Shown piece after piece: positions 12,120 through 25,130 of a stretch of DNA of 64,000 nt (positions are counted from its first letter, which is position 1; the number at the start of each line of letters is the position of its first letter). The notes below the pieces were generated by a model that searched no databases, was not told the DNA's origin, and saw only the letters and a program-made list of their open reading frames with translations. Both the position numbers and the translations under genes were made by a program. Where the stretch lies: positions 16,243,360-16,307,359 of the forward strand of contig NC_043019.1 in NCBI RefSeq assembly GCF_006345805.1. The letters run 5' to 3'. This stretch comes from Octopus sinensis (Eukaryota).

Positions 12120-12275
12120 ATGTGTTTACGTCGCCGTAAACTAGCGGTTCGACAAAAGACACCGATAGAATAAGCTCCAGGTTTAAAAAAAAAATTAGTG
12201 CTTGGGTCAATACGTTCGACTAGAAAATTCTTCAAGGCGGTGCTCCAGCATTGCCACAGTCTAAGGATAAAAGAT
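12120..12275 (+). mobile_element. SINE family A 3' half
   Basis: GTGTTTACGTCGCCGT...GCGGTTCGACAAAAGACACCGATAGAATAAG...GGCGGTGCTCCAGCAT. Confidence 0.8.
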
Positions 12276-12816
12276 GCACATAATCAGTTGAGCGCCGGAT
12301 CGAATGTCTTGAAGCCTTTGGTCGTCTCCCATTTATGATGCAGGATCAAAACCAGTCGGGAGAGGGGTTGAGGTTTAATTCCCCGTGGGGTTGTTAAAGA
12401 GAAAATCCCAGTTACACTTTCGGTTCCCTTAATTAAACTTCATCTCTTAAAATTCCTTCTCTTGTTCCCCTGTAAAATATCTAGTCACCCGATCTACTAG
12501 AAACAGCAACTAAATTTCCTCAAATCAGACCCCATATTCTTAGAAAAGGATATTTTGGACAAAGTAGCTCTGTGTTTCCTGCAGGTGGAATAAAAGACGG
12601 GATGGTCATGGCTGGATTGAGGCCCCGATCGTTCGGAGTTGACCTGTGCCTGTACTATAATTATCGTGTCCTGCAATCGCTGTGAGTTTTGGTTCAAGCA
12701 ACGACACACACCTTTATCCAGACGAACCGATCGAGATAAGTTTTTTTGTCCAAGCGATTTTCTCCAGACATGATCGAGACTGGCTCGTTTCTAAACAACA
12801 ACTAATTTATATAAAA

Positions 12817-13207
12817 CTATCAGCATCGCCCGGCGTTGCTCGGTTTGTTTCGACCCTTTAGAATTGGAATTTTTGAAAAGTAAAAATTTTGCATTATGTA
12901 GCTTGTTATTCTCTTTAAGTGAACATTTTTCCGGTTGAAATACACCGAAAAATGGCGACACAGCAGTCAAAAAATCGTAAAAAATAGGAATTTTCATAGA
13001 AAAAAAAGCACCTTTTTGATGTAAATAATTTTTGGTGTTAACATGGTCCGATTTGAACTTTTTCTTCTACGGAAGGAAGAGCAAGCCTTCTTCTATCATA
13101 CTCTCAATTTTGGTCAACTTGAGCGCAGAGTCTTGGAGGAGATAGTGTTAGTTGAAGGCTTCCAAACCTGCCATACACAGACAACTTCAGCTTTATATAT
13201 AGAGAGA
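12817..13207 (-). mobile_element. Non-autonomous Helitron (Lep1/HINE-like)
   Basis: Minus strand begins A|TCTCTCTATATATAAAG and ends with the CCGAGCAACGCCGGG hairpin followed by ATAG|T (a CTAG variant); a similar hairpin lies at 51199-51213. Confidence 0.7.
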
Positions 13208-13599
13208 TAAGTGGTGAGATAGAAGGCAACATCGACTCGGGTGAGATTTGAACTCAGTAGTTAAAGAAATGGAATTAAATACTGTCAGGTGTTTTGTCCC
13301 CGACTCCGTTATTTCTGCCACTGGAACCAGTAAGAAATATGTCAACCAGCAAGAAGAAGAATTTCATGAAAAACACTCGCAGAAAAACATTCTCGGCTGG
13401 TTTTTTTAGTGTGTCAAGGGAGGTAACTTCATCAATTTTCCAGCGTTAAATATAATTTGATTATCTTACTTGTCTTGACAAGACGAGCGAGGCATCACCT
13501 TTTTTCATTATTAATTGACGCATTGCTCAAACTACACATTTGCGGGTAGAGTGACATCTCGTCTTCAGTTGCTTTTCTTCTTGTTCTTCTTGTTCTACT

Positions 13600-13970
13600 T
13601 CATCGCAGTTAAGCAATGGTTTGCAAGCAGAAGCGACGCACTGTAATGGAGTGATTGATGAAGAGGTTAGCGAAGTGTGCGCCTCCCACAAGAAGGCTGA
13701 AGGTTGTTTACGGAGAGAATACCACAGACAGAAGTTTAAAGAAAGGGAAAACAGCGCTGACCACTGACCATGCTGTGGGAAAACCTTCCGCTGCGACCAC
13801 TGACACGAAACGCTAATGACTGGACGAAGCGATTCGCGCGGACATTCGTGAGATTGTGGCACGGTTGGACTGTAGTCGCGCGATGCTTTACAGAAGTGTG
13901 TGCAAAGTGGGTGCCTCTGCAGTTGATACCCGATTTGAAAGAGAAAAAGGCTAGAAATCTACATTGGTTT
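13600..13970 (+). mobile_element. mariner transposase relic (HTH region + WVP linker)
   Basis: QKFKERENS, DEAIRADIREIVARLDCS and EVCAKWVPLQL (WVPHEL-like linker). Confidence 0.7.
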
Positions 13971-14057
13971 TAATGAAGAGACGAAAACTCACAAACACAC
14001 ACACAAAAGACCGTTTGAAACAAAATTAATTTCCAGATCGAAAAGGTTTTGTTATTT

Positions 14058-14258
14058 TAACCTAACCTGATATTTTTAAACCTAAACTTAAATAATATGC
14101 ACGAGCCGTAATCCTAAATTTAAATCCTTAACCCCAAACGTATAACTTTAATCCGAACCCCAGCCTTAAATCTTTAACTCTAACCCTAATCCTAAACTCT
14201 TCCCTTCGACGTTAAACCCTAAAATTAGTAACTTTAATCATAAACCCTAAACCCTAAA
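14058..14258 (+). repeat. Degenerate (CCCTAA)-like tract
   Basis: Repeated AACCTA, AACCCTAA, TCCTAA and ACTCTAACCCTAATCCTAAA units. Confidence 0.55.
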
Positions 14259-14890
14259 CGGTATTTTTTCTTTTTTTTTTCTTTTATGTTTCATATTTTA
14301 TATTGTTCTTCTTTTTATTCTTTTTACGCTTTTCTTGCGCAAACAGTTACCACAAGTGCTGAGGATTACCTCTTCATCTCCCTCATCTCATCCCTTCCAC
14401 CCATTCACCCTGTCTGTCTGTTTGTCTCACTCGATTTCAATGAAGATATTGTAATATAATACAATACATATAAGCACACACACATGCACACATGCATACA
14501 TACATATATACATACATACATACAAAATACACACACACACACACACACACAAGCTATACTTTCATATTCAACAGCATGAAAGGTTCACAGGTTTACCAGA
14601 CGAGCCCCAGCTTTTGCCAGGTCTATGTTTAAGAAGACAAAAAAAGTCGCCTGATATTCCTCATCCATTCCACTCTCGACTCCTTTCAAATTTTCATGAA
14701 TCCTGATCCCCTAGAAACCCCCGTTTCCAATTATAAACCCGATCCCTTACGTTATTTTACTTCCAACTAAAATACATCCCCACCCCTATCTCACTGTACA
14801 ATAAAATAATTGACAAACAGACTGGTTATATAAAACAACCGGGATTTTTTCGATTTATTGATGTATAAAGAAATGTTTCACACACAACAG

Positions 14891-14947
14891 AAGACTTTTC
14901 TACTTATAAATCGCGAAATTTTAGTCTTAAAACTCCTCTAATTACAG
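14891..14947 (+). CDS. Candidate 57-nt phase-1 symmetric coding exon (speculative)
   Basis: CAACAG|...ACAG|GTAAGG; open frame xDFSTYKSRNFSLKTPLITx; acceptor has a weak pyrimidine tract. Confidence 0.22.
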
Positions 14948-15099
14948 GTAAGGGCATGTAAGACACAGGTAAAATCCGAAGTATAAAGTTATGTGAATTT
15001 TGTTTCAATATCACTTTCTAAATTTAGTTATTTGCCAAATATCGCATCATACTAAATTATATTTATTCTAATTTATATATTCTTATCGATGTTATAGTT

Positions 15100-15430
15100 T
15101 CGTGGGGAAAAGAAACCAAATCTCAGAGCTTTTTGCAGGATTACAGAGAGAAGGGATTGCAGGCAAGGGTATTCCCGTTCGAAGTTGGCTGTAGAGAATT
15201 CCCTGACCAGTCAGGATGGAGAATGCTTCGAGCCATTGGAATACGAAGAAAAGAAAAAGGTAGGTGTGAGTAGGATGGGAGATACAGCAGAAAGAACTGT
15301 TGGTGGTTATGGAGTTAGCAGAGAGAGAGAGGGTGTATGCTGGAAGCTAGTAAAGGTGTGGCCACCAGTGGAAGGGTGTCATGGTTGAAGGGTCGAAATA
15401 CCCGATGATCGTTGGTTACCGCCTAATCAC
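15100..15430 (+). mobile_element. HERO-like (REL-endonuclease) non-LTR retrotransposon 3' end
   Basis: DYREKGLQARVFPFEVGCREFPDQSGWRMLRAIG...CWWLWS matches the EVGCRGF / SxWLW C-terminus recalled for Hero-clade elements, followed by a short structured 3' UTR. Confidence 0.7.
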
Positions 15431-16304
15431 ATCAATTCCTTCTGATCAACAAAAGTAAACGAACGAGAAGCATCTTTTTTTAGTTGTAATCATTCTCTTG
15501 TAAGTTCCTAAATATCGCTGGTTTCCCATTGATGAGACCCACTGAACTGACGAAGACATAAATTTTGGATACTGGACTGGCAGTAAATTCATTTATGGAA
15601 ATGGTCGAGTGTTGTCACTAAAGTTGTTTTATTTTTGTCAGCTGATATTTTATATGAAGCTACATTGACAAATATTACCATATTTTATCGCATATAAGAC
15701 ACTTTTTTCGAACTCAAAAAAATCCTAAAATACATCATCCCGAGTCCTTTATGTGAGATTTGGGCCTATATCACAAGCTTTAATACATTAAAATCCACCC
15801 CCTCTACCCGGATATGCGCTGCTGAAATTAGAATGGTTATGTCTGCGCATCTTTTATGGCATCAAATACGGTAATAAAAACAGTTTTGCAATGGAGACAT
15901 TTGCAGCTTATTTTCTAGGGCTCAGCATCTGAGCCATCACATCACAAAAGCCTAAGCCCTGACCTTGTGTTTCTAAGACGGTAACTGGTCTTAAGGACCG
16001 ATTTTCTTCAAAGGAAAAAAGCACGAATTCTAAGCCATCAAATATGGTTTGCATACAGAACATTGTATTACAAGAGAATATATTTGGCTAATAAATTTTA
16101 GACAGTGATATTCAAAGACATTTTCACTTTATAATTCAGGTTTTTACCTGTGCTTACCTGTAATAGGAGTGCTTCTGGAGCCAACGTTCCATGAGAACCT
16201 TTGCCCTTTAAATTCTGAACAAAAAACCACTTTAATACATCAAAAAATATTTTTTAAATTACTGTTGATTTCTGCAAAAGTGTCTCAAATCAGGATTATT
16301 TCAA

Positions 16305-17062
16305 CACACATACGTACACAAACATACATATATACATACATACATACACACATACACATACATACGTACATCTACACACATACATATATACATACAAACA
16401 TGTATACATACATACATACACACATATACACAGACATACATATACACACATACAGACATACATACACATACATTCATATATACATATACACATACAAACA
16501 TACACAAAAGCATGCATACATACACACATACAATATACATACATTCATACACACATGCATACATACACACATACATACATACTTACATACATACATGCAT
16601 ACATGCATACATACATACATATACATACATACATATATACGTACATACATGCATATTACCTATACATACAATACATACATACAACACATACATACATACA
16701 TACATACATATATACATACATACATACATACATACACACATACATACATACATAATACATACATACATACATACTAATTCATACTACATACATAACATAC
16801 ATCATACATATATACGCACATACATGCATACATACACACATACATACATATATACACACATACATACATACATACATACATACATACATGCATACATACA
16901 TACATACTTACATACACACAACATACATACATACATACATACATACATACATACATACACACATACACACATACATACATACATACATACATACATACAT
17001 ACATACATACATACATACATACATACATACATACATACATTCATATATACACACACACACAC
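16305..17062. repeat. Degenerate (CATA)n/(CA)n microsatellite
   Basis: Direct reading. Confidence 0.95.
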
Positions 17063-17599
17063 ACGTGGAGTAGATGCACTCATCAGTCGACAGTTATGCC
17101 TGGGTGCATTCCTTCCAGTGAGGTGAAGAACACCAGACAACAATGACAGGAAGGGCAGCCCTTCGTGGATCTGCGCTAAAAGCATCACATCTCACCAAAA
17201 GGCCGTATTTTTACTGTCCAAGAACAAGAGATAGAAAGATAAAGATGTCACTAGACCTTTCTGTTTGTGATAGAAAACGTCGGCTGAGTTGGCCTCGGTT
17301 GAAAGGTATCACTCGCATCGCCAGGGGCCATCTTCCGGAAATGTCCGCACGATGACTGGTGGAATAATTAAAAAAAAACAAAAAAAACAGCGACAGGGAA
17401 TAAGAATAAAGGGCCATATATTGTTGCCGGAAATAGTGAGGAAAAGGCCTGCCTTGTTGCGGAGATCAAAAGCCCCGGATGCTGTGAATTCTTTGTCAAA
17501 TGTTGAAAGAAAGAAATTTTCACACAACGATTCTGAAAAGATATTGCGAAGAATACACGCTTGAATTTAAGGAACTGGTCGCTCATTGGTAGAGTCCAA

Positions 17600-18300
17600 G
17601 GTCTCTCCTCCAATCTCAACCACTTTCAGATTTGCGTTCCTATCAAAGATCAACCTCCAAGTAGCAAATCTTTACTCCAACCCATAGATGGGGATGTAGA
17701 TTCTAAAATCAAGGTCTACTACTGTATTTGTTGCATTTTAAAGCAACTTATTGAATAAACCGATTGTCAAAAGAAACAGTCTAACGGAGACGTTTGTTAG
17801 AATTACCACATCATGGAGGCCATGGATGACACCAAAGCAGCTGAGACGAAATGACTAAGAAATGCTTGAATGGGTTTTCGAAGAATCTTTGACCAAAAGC
17901 AAACAATTACATCTTAGAATTTTGCAAAAATTTAATACCAGGAGCCATCAATGACATCGTTTGTGAAGAGAGAAGATAAAATGTCATTGTGAAAGATTTG
18001 GGGGAATCTACAGAGTCTCATGGTAAGGGTTTATTTACTGAAGAGTCACAGGAACTGACACAGCTGTAATGCGATCCAAGTGTTGCTGAATATCTTTCTG
18101 AAAAGCTAGTAACACCAGAAAAAATGTTTACTACGGAATTCCTCACTAACAACATCTCCAAGATTAGGGAGGTGATGGATCAGTTTACGAAAAATAGTCC
18201 CGACCAGAAGTGTAACAGCAAGAAGACAAAGAAGGATGCTTCTGGATATGAAATCCTGCAACAGGGAATTATTTCGCGAGAGAATTATTGAGAAAAAGTG
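17600..18300 (+). mobile_element. pogo/Tigger transposase relic (DDE_1 C-terminal part)
   Basis: LLQPIDGDVDSKIKVYY (cf. LLQPMDQGVI..FK.YY) and ESHGKGLFTEESQEL (cf. Tigger1 ESH.QELT.EEL.EL). Confidence 0.7.
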
Positions 18301-18609
18301 AAACACACATAGATATATTCTTTGAAAAACAACCAAAGTTCGAAGAACTACAATTTGGATTCTTATCCCAGATATGTTATCTTCTGTCCTACTTCGGCTT
18401 TATACTTTTCATTATTAAATATAGTAAAATTGTTTTACGGTGCAAAAACTTGACAACTTTTTCTGAGGGCATGTTATCTGCAGATGGCGATATTTTGCGG
18501 AAACCCAAAATAATTTGCTTTCTATAAATTATGGGCCAAAGTCAGGCGTCAGCCGTGAATGAGAATGGCTTTGTAATATCACTAATTGCTTTTACTAATT
18601 GCTACTATA

Positions 18610-18862
18610 GTCTGAACAGAGGTGGACAGCCTATCGATTCTTCCATCGTATGACTCAGAGGAACACTAAGGGTCTGACAACTGGAAGGAGGGTGAAGGAG
18701 GGCCTCACCAGCAATCGGTAGGTACTTATTTTCAACTGAGTAGGCTGAAACAAGGTGAAATGAAGTATCTTGCTCAAGGACGCAACGTGTCACCCAGTCC
18801 AAGAATTGAACCCATCATGACCTCGTGATCATGCATCCAACGCCTTAACCACTAGGCCGTAT
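18610..18862 (-). mobile_element. SINE family B, diverged
   Basis: GGCCTAGTGGTTAAGGC head, GGTTCAATTC B-box and TCCTTGAGCAAGATACTTCATTTCAC core. Confidence 0.75.
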
Positions 18863-19074
18863 ACTTTTATCTATACACACACACACACACACACACACAC
18901 AATCGCAAGGGAGTATAACTTAGTAAAATGTACCATGTTTTTATTAAGTGTTTTAGGGGCCTGTGTAGTTGTGAGCTAACGGAGATCCCATTTTGACCCT
19001 CCTACCCTTTGACCTGGTGGCACATGTAGGGGAAGAGAGAGGCGAGAAACTGACTGACAGAGACCAGCGATAGG

Positions 19075-19220
19075 GTGGTACACATTTTCAGCCGAGTGGA
19101 CTGGAGCAACGTGAAATGAAGTGTCCTGCTCAAGGATGCAACGCGCCGTCCGGCTTGGACATTGAACCTAAGCCATTATGATCGGGAGCCGAACACTCTA
19201 ACCACTAGAGTCACGCGCCT
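19075..19220 (-). mobile_element. SINE family B, 5' half
   Basis: GGCGCGTGACTCTAGTGGTTAGAG head and CCTTGAGCAGGACACTTCATTTCACGTTGCTCCAG core. Confidence 0.75.
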
Positions 19221-19675
19221 TCACGAATTAATGAATATGAATCGAGCTGTAACTCGAGTCGGTGCAGCAAGGAACAATCATTTAAACTTGGAGTCGTCAT
19301 CATCATCATCGTCGTCGTCGGCAGCGGTGGCGGTGGTGAAGGAGGCGGTGAGGGCGGCGGGGGCAGTGTTGTTGTTGTTGCTGTTTATGATGGCGACATT
19401 GTTATTTAGTTTCAAGCCTGTTTTGTTCCAACAAATCTATATAGTATAAAAGACCTTCCAACCGTGCCCATCCTATTTTTCTCTATATCAGAGATTATTC
19501 TACATTGTATAAAATATATCCGGTCTTGTTGAAGCCGGTAGAATTTGATTTGAGAGAGACATGGCTGCTATAACGGCCACCTAGCACCTCTCTCTCTCTC
19601 TCTCTTTCTCTCTCCTTCCTCTCTCTCTCTCTCTCTTCTCTTTCTCTCTCTCTTCTCTCCTCTCTCTCTCTCCTC

Positions 19676-19721
<46 letters not shown>

Positions 19722-20015
19722 TCTCCCTCTCTCTCATTGTATCTTTATCCAAATTGATGCTATACTTAAGTTCAGTCCCAATTGAGCAGACTTACCATAA
19801 AAGACGTTCCAGATGTGATCATCCCATCTGTTTTTACTATTAAAATATTGCCTTCAAATCTTTATAATCCAATGCTAATATGTAGAAGACCATAATGTTT
19901 GAGAGATGTGGCTGTTATTTCTGGCCGGTCAGGGTATCACATACAGACGCCAGTATTAGACAATATGGAGGCCGATTGAAATCACAACTCGAGGAATGAC
20001 TCCTTCCTGGGAGTG

Positions 20016-20043
20016 TCTGACGTCAACACTAATTCCACCAATC
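20016..20043 (+). promoter_or_regulatory. CRE-TAATT-CCAAT composite element, copy 1
   Basis: TCTGACGTCA-ACAC-TAATT-CCA-CCAATC; 12 nt between the CRE and CCAAT. Confidence 0.5.
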
Positions 20044-20250
20044 ACGATCCGTACACAACTCATCTCAACTTCTTTCTCTCTCATTTCTGAGCTTGTCTCA
20101 CCAGTTCCCTCCTCTCTCACTCCTTCTTTCTATTCTTCTTTCTCTCTCTCTCTTTCCTTTTCTCTCTGTTACCCTTCCTCTCTATCACTCTCTCTCCTGT
20201 CTCCCCCTCTCTCTCACTAACTATCTGTCTGTCCCACTTTTTGCTGGCTC

Positions 20251-20278
20251 TCTGACGTCACCAGTAATTTGGCCAATC
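20251..20278 (+). promoter_or_regulatory. CRE-TAATT-CCAAT composite element, copy 2
   Basis: TCTGACGTCA-CCAG-TAATT-TGG-CCAATC; same 12-nt spacing as copy 1. Confidence 0.5.
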
Positions 20279-20354
20279 CTAAGTCATTCATATATACATA
20301 CATACATACACACACACATATATATAAACATGTATGTGTATCTTCTCCTCGCTA

Positions 20355-20416
<62 letters not shown>

Positions 20417-21509
20417 ATATATAATATATATATATATATATACATAATATATATATATATATATATATACAGTACATGCCCGCCTAATAACAAGTGGATT
20501 CTAAACCTATAAAGAATGCTGCTTCGTACCGTCGATAAAGCCTTCATTGTAAAAGAGACGAATAGAAAATAAGCAATCCAGAGATGCTTGTCTTGCGGTT
20601 GTTATTTTGACTGAAAACTGAGTCAAATAGGAAATTGCGTGATTCAAGAGAGAAGAAAAGACAATGTTCAGAACCCGTAGTTCTTTTATAAATGTTTGTC
20701 ACGCTTTCACCTCCTGAATCCGAAACAAACCTTTCCACGTCCTGCATTTCAGAAACACGTTTTCAGATGAGACTTTCGGCAGCCATTTTTACTTATCTAT
20801 CCATTTATAACTCACGCTGCAGAGTGTAGGAATTATCGCGGCTTCTGGTCGTCCTAGGCTTGTCATTCGGTCGATTGTTATTAAAGGAGATGACAAGGTA
20901 CGAAACGAGACACTGGGCGCGGCTGTTTAGACATTGACGATTGCAGGTTGGCAGAAAGTCTCATGGTTGAAATTTCCAACAGGAATGGAGATTGTATTGA
21001 CCCCCGATTGCCTTCTTTTTACTCAGAAGGTATATTCCGGCTCTGTCTGCTTTGGGGTGAATGCATGCGATGCGTCGTCACCAGGTTTCCTATTTTGACA
21101 TCAACTTTGTCGATCCCAGACAGGAACCAGTTTATAATATTGAAGCCTTGTGTGATTGCAGTGATGGTCAATGTGTTTAGGCTTCAATTTCGTTTCTGGC
21201 GTTGAATTCGGTTTTCAGAATGGCCCTTAATCCTCGGCACAGCTCCTTCCTTATCTTTTCTCTCATTAGTGAGTGTCTAATCCCATCTTCTTCAAATATT
21301 TATAACTTCCTTGAGGTTCTAGTTCTTCTTTCACGGTGCCTCAGTCTTAGGGTAGGGGTCGGGGGAACTTTTACCCCCCACCCCCCATATATTTATTTAT
21401 GCCGAAGTTACCCCCTTGATTTGACAGGAAGAAAATCATAGATTCTTTCAATTCAAAAGTTTTATTGAATATATTTATATGGAAAATATAATTATAAATA
21501 TTAAAAGTA

Positions 21510-22076
21510 TTGGGTTGTCCCGAAAGTTCGTGCCGATTTATAGTAGCTTACCTTTCGACTTATTTTAGAACATGGTTGAGTCCATAAAATGGGATTTGAC
21601 TACACCTCCATTTAGAGCACTGTTTAAGCTATCTTTACGTGGAAGAAGGTTTATGTTCCTATAACCTGTGTTAATTTTGTAACCCTTTAAAATGGAAGAT
21701 AAGAAAGTTCATTTTCGGCACTTGACGCTTTGGACCAGACAAAAATTGCTGTAACTACTCGGCTGGGATTGTGTTCCCACCCCCCCACCCTCCATATTCA
21801 CCAGATATTGCTCTTTCGGATTTCCACTTATTCAGGTCTCTGCAGAAGAGCCTTAATGGTAAAAATTTCAATCCTTGATGACGTAAAAAGATACCTTGAT
21901 GAATTCTTGCCATGAAACACCTCAATTCTGGGAAGAGGGTATTTCAAGTTTAAGGAAAGATGGAGATGCATTGTGCAACAAAATGGTTCATATTGGGTTG
22001 ATTAAAATGTAATGGCAAGTTTTATTGACCTTTTTCTTTCCTTTAAAAATCGACACGAACTTTCCAGACAACCCAA
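21510..22076 (+). mobile_element. Internally deleted mariner (DD34D) element with intact TIRs
   Basis: TIRs TTGGGTTGTCCCGAAAGTTCGTGCCGATTT / AAATCGACACGAACTTTCCAGACAACCCAA with TA on both sides. MEDKKVHFRHLTLW is fused to TRQKLL*LGWD, followed by YSPDIALSDFHLFRSLQ. Confidence 0.93.
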
Positions 22077-22662
22077 TATAAAACAAATGCAATAAAATAA
22101 ATTAATATCCTCATTATGAAACGAAAGGATTTTTTTACAAACTTTTTCATTTCAGCTTTTGGAAAAATGGTGTTTCATTTTTGTTACAATTACATCAAAA
22201 TTGAGGCATTTTGATGCCAGAGCAATTTGGAGACAGACTTTGGTCAATTACTCTGCTTTGTTTTGATTGTCCATTAGAGTGGAAAATCCTTGTTTGCAAA
22301 GCTAGGTTTTAGCAAAAGGCAGCAACTTTTTCACTGCCCCCCACCATGCCTGAAGAAACATTTCTGTTGTAAGAAGGAACAGGGTTTTTTAAAATATAAT
22401 TTTACTTATGTCTAATGAGTTCTTATTACCCACAAGAATTTCATTTTTACCCTGCTTGGCGTTATTTACCCCTGTTCGCTGAGCCCTGGTCTAGGATGGT
22501 GATGCACGTGTTTGTCAATTTTTCCCTTGATATCTGTAACCTCGAAGCATTTGTCGAGCCCAGATTCAGTAAATCGTTTGACTGTTTTGGTGACAATGCA
22601 TTTTGCCACTGGAGACAAATACACGTGCACGCGCGCACACACACAGAAACACTTACACACAT

Positions 22663-22702
<40 letters not shown>

Positions 22703-23273
22703 GATCGCGCACGCGCAGACATATACATATAAAGATAGAAAGATTGAGAGAGAGAGAGAGTTGGGGGAGAGAGATTATAATTTATTACTTGAACATGATC
22801 GATTGACACAACCATTTTCCCTCTCCTCATACAGAAAAGAGAAAAATAAGCTCAAACGTATAAGCAGAGAGCGGGGAGGGGGAGAGAAAGGGGGGAGAGA
22901 GAAAATGAGAGAAACATAAAAATGTCGGATGTCAAATAAGTCATCATGAAACCAGCTACGCCAAAATGGCGGCAACAAATAAGCGGCGCCCAAACGGCAG
23001 CACCAAAATGTCTCCTGCCCAGGAATGCATTCGTTCTGAGTGTGGAGCTGTGACTTAAGTCTTGTGCCGTTATTTTCCATCACCTTTTCCCCTGATCCGA
23101 AAGCGAAGGTAGGAAGATCACTCTATCAACACCATTGGTTCCTAAAAACTTCCTCTGCCTTAACTATTGTTCTCACATCAAACTGATTTACTGTAAAATT
23201 TTGTGTATAATTTTATTGTTGCTTGGGAGAGTCAGTATACCAGTAATATACACACACTCGTTCCGTTTCATTC

Positions 23274-23274
<1 letters not shown>

Positions 23275-23321
<47 letters not shown>

Positions 23322-23394
23322 CATTATTATTATTATTATTATTATTTTATTATTATTATTATTATCATCATCATCATCATCATTATTATTATTA

Positions 23395-23435
<41 letters not shown>

Positions 23436-23441
23436 CATTAT

Positions 23442-23493
<52 letters not shown>
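23275..23493. repeat. (TTA)n/(TCA)n microsatellite
   Basis: Direct reading. Confidence 0.95.
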
Positions 23494-23494
<1 letters not shown>

Positions 23495-23674
23495 GACTCA
23501 ATTGGTTAACCATATAACCAATTACCTAATCGATTATCTGATTAATTGTTCGGTCAATCAATCAGTTAGGTTTGTGAAAGTCCTTGCGCTGCCATTCGCG
23601 ACCTCACCCACGGCAAGTTCTCTCCGCTCTAGATCTGCTTCAAGTCTGTCTCCAGCCACAAAGCAAATAATTTT

Positions 23675-24035
23675 GTGGAGAGGAGATTTATCGATTACAT
23701 CGATCTCTGTAATTCGACGATACTTTATAATATCGACCGAATGAAAGACAAAGTTTACCTTGCCTGGATTTGAACTAAGAAGTACCTTGTCATCGGGATG
23801 CAGCCGAGTCTCAGCCTTTAAGTGATTTCTGTTTTAGACCCAAGGTCAGCAATTCTGGCAGATGGGGGGGAGGCGATACTCGATTACCTCTCCCCTACAC
23901 TCACTCCATGCTTTAGTCTATATTATTTTATTGAGTCTCGGGGATAAAAAGCATACTTGACCTCGACCGGATTTGAACTCATAACGCAAAGAAATACAGC
24001 GAAGTATTTCATCCGATGCTCCAACGATCCACACC
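23675..24035 (-). mobile_element. Two diverged SINE family C pieces
   Basis: Recurrent GAAAGACAAAGTTTACCTTGCCTGGATTTGAACT and TTGACCTCGACCGGATTTGAACTC cores. Confidence 0.65.
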
Positions 24036-25097
24036 AAATCCACCGTCCTTTAAAAAGTCATATATATATATATATATATATTATATAATATATATATATA
24101 TATATATATTATATATCTATATATATATATTATATATAAGAGAGAGAGAGAGAGAGAGAGAGATGAGAGAGGGAGAGAGAGAGATGAATGTTTATGTATG
24201 TATGCTAATGCGTGTGTATGTGTAATAAGCCCGTTTTTTCCATCCAAATAAAGATTAAAATCACAAAAGGTATTCCCCTCCTACTTTTATGAAGAATAAA
24301 GATTTATTAATTTTTAGATCATAAGTATTATTATTTTTATTATCATTATTATTATTATTATTATATTGTAATATATTTTATACATGATAAAATATTAACT
24401 ACTAATCTACTGGATTATAGTAGATTAACTACTCTGCTGTTATAAGGTTTAAAGACAACAGAGACCCACAGATCGATATATGAGTTATGCTCGATTTTAA
24501 CAAGATATATATATATACACATCGTGTGTTTGTATAGACACACACACACAAACGCATACACACACAAAGAAAGATGGAGTTAGAAAGTCCTTTTATTACA
24601 TCAATTTACAATTGTTTCATGTGAATTCGACCCCATGAATATTGCTTTATGCAATAATTTATGCTATTAATGATTCATGAGATGTCATTGCAACGACACC
24701 GAATTCGATTCTTCAGAATTATGTATGGGAGTCATTTGGTGTAGACACTCGAATTGTCAAAATGAGTTATGACTGTCTCTTGTTTGGCGCGTTGACATGA
24801 TTACATCTGCATATTACAAGCAAGGCAAAACAAAAGAAAATATTGGTTTGAATTAACCGATCAAGAATTAGGATAATTATTTTATTGCAATGTTCTTCAA
24901 TAATGCTTTTATTGCTCTGAGTTATATTTACTCCATCAAGTATTTAGATAAGGGATCGAGACATGTTTGTAGTTCTAACACTCCGAAATTTTGTAGTCTG
25001 ATAAATTATAGTAGTCAGCCACATCGTGTCATTAGAGGATTGACACCCGAATGAAATTATATACATATACATACATACATACATACATGCATATATA

Positions 25098-25130
<33 letters not shown>

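Noticed and set aside
14570-14700. Possible second PLE endonuclease relic (YQ...FC/GLCL)
   Set aside because: Short, frameshifted match only.
15385-15415. GGGTCGAAATACCCGATGA as a hammerhead
   Set aside because: GAAA and CCGATGA are only a few nt apart, with no room for stems III and I; more likely a 3' UTR hairpin of the HERO-like element.
20767-20829. Signal-peptide-like mini ORF MRLSAAIFTYLSIYNSRCRV after a TTTTCAG acceptor
   Set aside because: It stops after 20 codons with no convincing donor before the stop.
22950-23035. CCAAAATGGCGGC YY1-like motif
   Set aside because: It sits among short GCGCCAAA-like repeats more typical of a transposon end; no other promoter support.
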